Position numbers and translations under genes: made by a program
Shown: positions 55,850 to 64,000 of the stretch, in pieces
How positions within the stretch are numbered: position 1 is the first letter of the stretch
Layout: each line of letters begins with the position of its first letter
Source: the human T2T-CHM13v2.0 reference genome, Homo sapiens
DNA: 64,000 nucleotides
Direction: 5' to 3' (one strand)
NCBI RefSeq assembly: GCF_009914755.1
Contig: NC_060940.1
Notes under the pieces: generated by a model
What the model saw: only the letters and a program-made list of their open reading frames with translations
Databases searched by the model: none
Told to the model about the DNA's origin: nothing

Positions 55850-56520
55850 CAATTGGCCATCTGTATCAATAGGTTCTACATTGGCAGATTCGACCAACCA
55901 TGGGTCAAAAATATTTGGAAAAAAAAAACCTAATAACAATACAACAATAAAAAATAATATGAATTTTTTAAAATACAGCATAGCAACTATTTACATACCA
56001 CTTACATTGTATTTGGCTGTTGTTTTTGAGATGGGGTCTTGCTCTGTCACCTAGGCTGGAGTGCAGCAGCTCCATCACGGCTACTACAGCCTCAACTTCC
56101 TGGGTTCAAGCAATTCTCCTGCCTTAGCCACCCCAGTAGCTGGGACTACAGGCATGCACCACCATGCCTGGCTAAGTTTTTTAAATTTTTTTAGAGACAG
56201 GGCCTGACTATCTTGCGTAGGCTGGACTTGAACTCCTGGCCTCCAAGCAATCCTCCCACATAATAAAACAAAAAGGGGGCAGGTATTTGTAGTAGCCTCC
56301 TAACGTGCTGGGATTACAGGAATGAGCCACCACACCCAAACTGTATTAGGCATTATAAGTAATCTGGAAATGCCTCCTGAGTAGCTGGGACTACAGATGT
56401 GCATCACCGCCACTCCCTGCACCTTCCCATATACTACCACTTTATGTAAGTCTTGATCATTTGTGAATTTGGTAACTAAGGGGTCCAAAACCAATCCCCC
56501 AGGATACCAAGGGGATGTAA
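55850..56520. mobile_element. Tigger3/MER2-type DNA element interrupted by an antisense Alu (~56015-56340)
   Basis: ggccatctgtatc...gattcgaccaacc...aactatttacata and end accaatcccccaggataccaaggg. Confidence 0.78.
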
Positions 56521-56869
56521 ATATGTTACGCTCTAGTTTGTAATTATTCACTGATTAAACGGTCAAGTTCTGTGGTAATCCCTTCTCACCACCCAAAAGA
56601 ATAGGATTCACCATCATCTAGGAACACAGACGTAAGAACTAGTGAAACTAGATTTGAACTGAAAGACACTAACTCAATTAACCCTGGTCCATTGTGCAAA
56701 GAGCTCCAGAACAGTCTAAACAGACACAAAGAGATAATTTTAAGTTATCAAGACCCGGGAAAACAGGAGTTACCACGTCATTACCATTGTTTCAATCTAA
56801 GTTACCACTTCTTCACCTCAAAACAACTGGCAACTACTGCACAATTAAATGTCCTTACTTCAGCACATA

Positions 56870-57157
56870 GACAGTCCCAGACTACTTCAAGTACTTACAC
56901 AACCATTCTGTTTTTCACTTCCAGTATTCACTCAATAAATTACATGAGATATTCAATATTTTATTATAAAATAGGCTCATTAGATGCATTTGCCAAACAT
57001 GCCAAACATGCAGGTTCTTGGCATGTTTAAGGTAGGCTAGGCTAAGCTATGATGTTCGGTAGGTGAGGTATATTAAATGCATTTTTTTACTAACAATATT
57101 TTCAACTTATGATGGGGTTATAAAAGGTAACCCCACTGTAAATCAAAGAGCATCTGT
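56870..57157. mobile_element. MER47/Tigger5-type DNA element
   Basis: aaggtaggctaggctaagctatgatgttcggtagg...gtaaccccactgtaa...gagcatctg. Confidence 0.8.
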
Positions 57158-58899
57158 ACACCAAAACAGTAGCAAAATCTGATTACCTTTTAGTCGTGTA
57201 ATGCAATGTAAAACCACTTACCCACAACTCCAATAGCAAGTGGCATCAACTGGCTTTCTAGGTTGCCCACCTTTCAGAAGAGTTTGTCCAAAAGCCTGCA
57301 AAGTGTAAGAAATAAATCCACTGGTACCCTAAATTAAAAGGCCAGCTCAGCTCCGAAAATCCAATCCACTTAAATTTGTGGATTCTTTCCCCAAACACAA
57401 TTAGTAGCCAATGTAGGAGACAATGGCTTCTCCTTGTGTTCAAGTCCCCTCCTACCCACCCGCCCCCTTTCAAAAATTAGAAAAGAGCCACCAGTCTCCA
57501 AACTGGCTGATGAAACTTCAGCCTACAGGATATTTTCATATTTGAGTTACAATAAACCATTGAAATGAAAATGAAGTGGAGAGCTTAATAACCCATCAGA
57601 TAGAGCATTTTATGCCAAGCATCAGCATATAAGTTAAGTCCAAAACCTTTAACCTGGGCCAAAGCCAAATAATTAAATTAACAAATCTCACTACCAATTC
57701 TCTATTCCTTTGAGATACTCTAGTATGAAGAGTAGAAGTTGCCTGTTCCTAGATGTTTACTTTAGTCATTTGCTTGCTAACTAAAAGACATTCTGTTTGC
57801 AATCAAATCAGAATTAGTAATTCAGTACCAGGATCTACCTCGTCCCCTTCATTGCCCCCAGAACTGCCCAGAAAGCTCTGTTCAAGTTTTCGATAATCCT
57901 TCTACAGGTGCCACGAGAATACTAGAACCTAAAACAGGTGACAAGTCCTCAATTTCTGATTCGTTTTCCCCAAACACTAAAAGGTTTTATTTAGCATTTC
58001 TAATACTGAGTTTACTACAAATAGCCCAAGCAACATTTAAGTCTCTCAACTGCCTGGCTCAAAGAGCCAATTCACTCAAAGAACACACTAGTCACTGTTG
58101 TAGGGTTCAAGAGAAGAAAAAAGCATATTCTGTTTCAGCCCAGTGTGACATGGCTCAAGAGGGCCAAATCAAGGAGTCTTGATTGGGCCTCTCAAGTGGA
58201 CGGTCTGGTCAAGGTGAGGCTGAAAAGCAGCACACCATTAGAGATGAATGCCCTCAGCAGAAGGCAAAAGTAGGTTACATCCCTTGGTTACGTGCCAGCC
58301 CAAAGATGCCGACACAGTGGAATTGAGCCCCACAATGGTCATTTATCTAATGTAATCCACTGAGTGAACTTTTAGTACCAACCTACACCTCAGCTGAGTG
58401 TTATTAGTCATCAGAAGGATCAGACAAGAGTGGAACTATTGCAACATAAACTGCCTCCCTACAAAAGACAACTTGAAACTTAGATCCTGATGGTCATCTT
58501 GGTAGATGGATAAGGGCATATTATTAACACTTGCCCAGTCCTTAAATTCATACAGAGCTGGAAACAAAGGAGGATTCGTATACTAGAACACATTCAGAGA
58601 ACTTATTATGCAGTTTTAAACAGCAGTATATAAGACAAAATAAAGAAAGAGGTGTGTCCTCAATTGAACATCCTGCTGAAAATCTGAACACCCAGCTTGA
58701 AATTTATCTGCCAGAAAAGACCCAGGTGACCACTGCCTCTTCCTCTCCCACTCAGCAGAGTGACTTTATTATGATAGTCCAACAGTACCTGCAAAAACAG
58801 TAAGTGATAAGACCCTAGTTAAGGCGACAGAATTAATCAACAAGCAGCATCATTTTCTACTTCCTACTCCTTCTGGCAATTTGTTTGCCTACCTATTCT

Positions 58900-59405
58900 G
58901 AGCCCCATATCCACCTCTCTGACCTTATCTCCAACTCTCCCCCGTGTTCACTAAGCTCTGGCTATTACTCACCCAACCCATCCTCTTTCCACTACCTCCC
59001 ACCTACCCTGACCCTTTCTTCCCATTCCCTGGAACTTGACAAGCGCATTCCAGCCAGTTTCTGCACCAGCTGTTCCCTGAACCTGGAAGGATCTTCCCCT
59101 TTTCTTTGGATGGCTGGCTCCTTCTTTATACTTAAAGCTCAACTTAAGTGTCACTTCCTCAGAAAGATCCTCTTTGACTGCATCTACAGTTAAGACACTT
59201 TCAATCACATCACTCTTATTTTCTTCAGCGCTTGATCAAAATCTGGTTTACTGGGATATATATTATGTCTCTCTCTGTCCCCAGCTCCCACTCCGATGTA
59301 AGCTCCATGAAAGGGTGAACCTTTTGCTTGTGTTCACCTGTGTACACCCAGTGCCTGAAACACTGGCTAGCACTTAGGAGTCAATAAATGTTTGTTGAAT
59401 TAATG
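58900..59405. mobile_element. L2 3' fragment
   Basis: tgtaagctccatgaaagg...ccagtgcctgaaaca...tcaataaatgtttgttgaat L2 terminus. Confidence 0.8.
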
Positions 59406-61117
59406 AACTGTGAACTTTTTAGTCAATGGCAAACTAGGTTCTAAATCAGTTAAAGTGAGAACAGTAGTCATTCTTCTGTTGTATTTTTGTGAAACATCTA
59501 AACACGCTGTTACTGGTATAATCAAGCATTAAATATTCTGTTTTTTAGGGCCCGAAAGCCCTGAATAGGACTTCCTAGCATCAGATCTTCCTAGCACTAT
59601 GCATATCAAGCTCAGTTACAGAAGGACAGGACTTACGGGCACTTTCTAATCAAAGGACTCCGAAAATGTAGGCACTATCTCTTAAAGTTCTTCAGAAAAC
59701 AGTTTCAGATTCTACAAAAGATTTCCGAAGAATGTATCAACACCAAAAGGAAAATCATAACACTTCACTCTGATATCTGTCTGAGAGGCTAGAAGAGTGC
59801 TCCTTGATTTTTTTTAAACCAACAGCATATCAACAAAGAGGCCTTCTTTCCATTCTTTGCTTCAAATAATTTTTTCACATCCGTTATTGGTTTGTATTCG
59901 CCCTTAAACCAAAACTAAACAGATCACACTGTCTCATTTAGGACCCCCATACACAAAGAATCAGCTACGTAAAGATGAAAATCAGCACAAGCTGAACGTG
60001 TCACTGATGATTTGTGTGTCACACATAAATGGAGAAAAACATAAAAGAGCTATTGTCCAATTGTAGAAACAAAAAAGTAATATGGGGTTTTCTGTTCTCT
60101 GAAGTGCATCATGAAAAGTGGGTGGAGAGAAACACAGAAATCCAGAATTAGCCTAGCAAATCATTTTGGGAAGAGCTGACAACATGTAAATTCCTCACAC
60201 ATAAAGTATTTCGAGCAAGAGACCTTGATTCCTGGGCTATGATGCCATTCAGGATTCCTTGCAAAGGCTCTGGAATTCCAGTATTCATAAAAGAAAATGC
60301 TCATTATAATCGGAGCGTAAGAGGTACTCCCAACGTGACAGCCTGTATGAAGTATTACAAAGCTTACAGTTAAGATCTGGGATAGAGGCTGAACACCAAA
60401 TTCAAAAGAGGTAACCAAGGCACTAAGTGCCATAAAGGAGGAAAGGGGAAGAAAAAAAAATCCACTATTGCCACTCAGCCACAGAGAATTAAAGTGGAAA
60501 CCAGGGGTGTGCATGGGGGAGGATGAGGGGTGAGAAGTGCGGGGGGTGTGGTGGAGGAACAAACAATACATTTGTCACCCCGTCCCACTTCCTATAGAGG
60601 ATACAGGCAAAGCCTCCAGCCTCATTACCTCGGACACAGATGGTTATCGTTTATAGCAAAGGTGCACAAAAAGGCCTTCAGGTCTGAGCCCCTTAATTCC
60701 AGGGCTGTTAATGATTAAAGAGAACGATGGGGGTGGGGAGGGAAATGAGGGCGGAGGGAGCTGGGAGATTCACCCACCACCTCCCCCTAGGGCTCCTACC
60801 TCACAGCGCTCACCCAGGACAGAGGACCAGAGTCTGCACCCCCTCCAGGGCAGCTCCAACCCCATATCCCCAGGCCCTGGGTTGAGGGGTGCTGGCGGTG
60901 GGGAGGCAGGGACAGTAGGTAAGTTTTCTGAGCCCTGCGGCTGACACGCCACAGGCTCCCCTCACAGCCTCTTCTTTCAGAGGTACCACTCCAGACAACG
61001 CGCTGACTTCCACTCCTCCCTTTCCACCCCCCTTTCTCGAAGGTACCCAACCCCCGCCCCTTCATCTCTCAATGCCCCCCCGCCTTTTCCTCAACTCCCC
61101 CCCTCCCCAAAACTCAC

Positions 61118-61300
61118 AGCTGCTCCAGAGGTTCCTCCAGTCAAACCCTTTCTGGAAACGACGGCGGCCCGGCGGGTCCAAACCACCTACCATCCCCGCT
61201 CGCGTTTCCAGGCTCCCTACCCCCGCCGCCGCCGCCTCTTCTTCCACCACTGCCACCGCCTCCTCTTCATCTGCGGCCCACCGGCGGCGGCCGCCCCGAA
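61118..61300 (-). other. DCUN1D3: DCUN1D3 non-coding exon 1 (5' end approximate)
   Basis: Within the CpG island; donor GCT|gtgagt at 61118/61117; exact TSS cannot be read from sequence. Confidence 0.72.
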
Positions 61301-61649
61301 GCCCCGCCCCCTCCATCGCCTCCTGCATCATCACTTCCGGTAACCCCGCCGGCCGCCAGCTCCAGGAGGGAGAATGGGAGAGGGGCAAGGAGGGAACGAG
61401 TGGAAGATTGCGTCACGACGCACATAAAGACGTACGAAGCCGTCGCCAAGTAAGGGCAAAGACCTAGCAACCCGGAGGGAGCTGGGCTGGACCATTTTTT
61501 TTTCTTGTTTTACGGGAATGGAGCGGGGAGGATAATGAAAGCGTAAAGGAAAAATAGGGGGAGGAGGAGCTCAGCTTATTGTTGGATGCGGCGGGAGATG
61601 GGTAGAGTCAGTCAGTCGAGACTCCCCCAGACCTGGAACTGGTGCTCCC

Positions 61650-61803
61650 ACAGAGGTGGGCCCGGTGGTTTGGTCCGGCCTGGCCTACTGGACCAGCCTG
61701 TGCTCGGTCGGCCACGGCTCTGCTGGGCTCCTGGCGCCGCCTCCTCCCAGCCCGCCGCGGGCTGCGCGCTTCTGTGGGTGGGGGAAGGCAGGACTGACGC
61801 AGA
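61650..61803 (+). other. LYRM1: Non-coding first exon of the divergent gene (5' end approximate)
   Basis: Donor CAGA|gtgagt at 61803/61804 in the CpG island; gene name from known gene order next to DCUN1D3, CDS not in window. Confidence 0.6.
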
Positions 61804-62754
61804 GTGAGTGTAGGGGATGGAGGCGCCGACTCCAGGCGCGGGAGACTGGCGGGGAAGGGGTTGGCTCCCCACGGGCAGGGATGGTTTGGAGGTTGGGCTG
61901 CGGCGTTGCCGGGAGACGGGCCTGTGTGACCCCAGCTTCGCGGGGGCGGCTCGGTGTCATCGCCACCGGCCTCGGGGACCTGCCTCACGGAAGTGGCTCG
62001 CGCGTCCAAGAGGGGAGGCCTGGTGTGGGGACGCTCAGGTGCCGGCGTGGGGCCCCCTCGGAGGCTGTGAATCTTTTGGACCCCCGAATGTAAATGGGAG
62101 ATGGTAGGGGCCGGTCCGGGGGCGAGAGGTGTCTGGCTGGGGAACGTTGACCCACACCAGGTCCCGTACAGGAACGGAGACTCCCTAGGACCGTGAGAGC
62201 CAGCTTCGTAATTCTCTTGCTCTTCAAACCTGAGAGTAGGGTGTTGCTCCGTTACCTTCCATTCGTGTGCAGGAGAGAGTTAAGTAAATCAATAAAGAAG
62301 GTATCAGCAAGTGAGAAATGCCCCCCAAAGACCGGATGAGGTGACAGAAGATGGGGGGAGGGCCCCTCGAAATCGGGTAAGGTCGTTCAAAGGAGGCCAC
62401 GGTTTTGCGGGGATCCGAGACAATGGGTTTTCTGGGTGGAGAGAAGAGCCAATGAGAAGGACTTTTAGGTTGGAAACAGCCAGAAGGCCATGTGGCTGAA
62501 GCAAACAGAGCCAGGGCCGGAGTGCCCTGTGATGTAGTTGGGGAAGTGGCATGACTGTAGCAGCGCCTTTTAGCCCAAGGCAGGGGTTTGGCTAATGTGT
62601 ACCTTAAGGGTTTTAAGAAGGGAAGTGACCTGACCTGATTTACATTTTTAAAAATCCGCTCTGCCTGCTGGATAGAGAAGGGTGGAAGTAGTTAGACCTG
62701 TTAGGAGACTGTTGCACTGTAAGACAAAGGAGAGGTGAAGATAGTGTTGAAAGG

Positions 62755-63038
62755 GCCGGCCGGGCGCGGTGGCTCACGCCTATAAACCCAGTACTTTGGG
62801 AGGCCTAGGCGGGCGGATCACGAGGTCAGGAGATCGAGATCATCCTGGCCAACATGGTGAAACCCCATCTCTACTAAAAATACAAAAATCAGCTGGGCGT
62901 AGTGGCACGCGCCTGTAATCTCTGCTACTCAGGAGAATCGCTTGAACCCGGGAGGTGGAGGTTGCAGTGAGCCAAGATCGCGCCACTTCACTCCAGCCTG
63001 GGCAACGGAGTGAGACTCCGTCTTAAGAAAAAAGAAAA
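62755..63038 (+). mobile_element. CpG-rich Alu (AluSc-like) with internal deletion, inside an L2 remnant
   Basis: ggccgggcgcggtggctcacgcc...gagatcgagatcatcctggccaacatgg. Confidence 0.92.
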
Positions 63039-63513
63039 GGCCCTCAGTCACAGTGGAAATGGAGAGAATTCCATTCAGCATATATTTGGGAGGTAGTGCT
63101 TGCAGGACTTGCTGGGGAATTGGATGTGAAGTGTGTAGGAGAGGGAGGAACCAAGGTTAACTCCCTACGGGAAAACAGTTTAGAAAGGAATATCGAAAGT
63201 TCTCTTTTGAACATATTAAGTTTGATAAGTCTATTAACAAGTCAAATGAAGTTGTCAAGAAGTTAGATATACAAGTCGGGGAAAAATCATAGTTGGAGAT
63301 AATAAATAAGGAAGGCAGGGAGGAGCTCCCAGATCACCTAAGAAGAGCGTGTAAATAAAAGAGGAAGACCCCTAAATCCCTTGGGTTCTTACCATTTAGA
63401 GAGTACCCAGAGAAGGAGAAGCCAGCAAAGGAGACGACACAGACAAGACCTCAGAGATCAAAGGAAGAGGCCCCTTAATATCCTGGAATAATGGGACCCA
63501 TCCCCGTAATCAG

Positions 63514-63631
63514 TGAATCTCATCCACCCGCTTGCCAGCTTCTACCCGCAGCAAGTAGAAGCTAAGTCCTGGCTCAAATCTCTTCCCTCCCTCCCTCTCC
63601 CAGCTGTCAGTGCTTTTGGACTTGTGCTCAG
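63514..63631 (+). other. LYRM1: Candidate additional 5' UTR exon of LYRM1 (5' boundary uncertain)
   Basis: Donor CTCAG|gtaatt at 63631/63632; weak acceptor taatcag at 63513. Confidence 0.35.
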
Positions 63632-64000
63632 GTAATTTGTGTCCGTTATAGAAAACCTGACTTTTTGGATAAATTGTCTGTTTATATGGCTGTCTCCCCC
63701 AGGTACTGTTTCTTATTTGTGTCTTCCTGGCTCCTGGTACAGAGCCTTGTCCATATGGTGGTTGTAGCTGGGCAGGAACACTGTGTTCATAAGGTATCAG
63801 CCATACAATCCAACAGCTTCTCACAAAAAGGGGCTTTTGTCCCTGCCACTGCTGCCAAGCCCACCACAATTACGATCAGTTCCACAATATAGTGTAAAGG
63901 GTATCAGAAGATGAATAAGAAGGCCTGGGTTTCAATCCTGGATCTGCCACTGACCAGCAGAGTGGCCATGGATAAAGCTCTTCTCTCTGAGCTGAAGGGT

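Larger units (their letters stand above)
60700..62200. promoter_or_regulatory. CpG island / bidirectional promoter DCUN1D3 (-) and LYRM1 (+)
   Basis: Sharp rise in GC and CpG; GC box gccccgcccc 61301-61310; ETS site cacttccgg 61332-61340 and cggaagtg 61988-61995; 5' splice sites on both strands pointing outward. Confidence 0.9.

Noticed and set aside
61072-62227. Many overlapping 70-145 aa ORFs in the CpG island
   Set aside because: Stop-poor GC-rich sequence; they cross splice donors and show no family similarity. Only the spliced uORFs were kept.

Overview
Mammalian (human, chr16p12.3 by gene recognition) genomic DNA. The + strand carries the last seven coding exons of REXO5 (671-10395, two RRM domains, poly(A) signal 10556). 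The - strand carries the whole DCUN1D3 gene: non-coding exon 1 at ~61118-61300, a ~37.6 kb intron 1, and CDS 23453-23023 + 21284-20801 (304 aa). Its 3' UTR has proximal (19003) and distal (15854) poly(A) signals. A CpG-island bidirectional promoter (~60700-62200) is shared with a + strand gene whose non-coding first exons are in the window (LYRM1 by locus knowledge; its CDS is not in the window). The rest is Alu, L1, L2, MIR, LTR and DNA-transposon remnants. I found no new protein-coding system. The most interesting unexplained structure is in DCUN1D3 RNA processing: a spliced 53-aa uORF across intron 1, a duplicated competing 5' splice site giving a truncated last-exon-stop isoform, a 71-bp minisatellite carrying eight 5' splice-site motifs next to a cryptic acceptor, a ~113-bp non-Alu inverted repeat in intron 1, and a rearranged MADE1 hairpin in the long 3' UTR. 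Repeat subfamily names are from recognition, and their boundaries are approximate.
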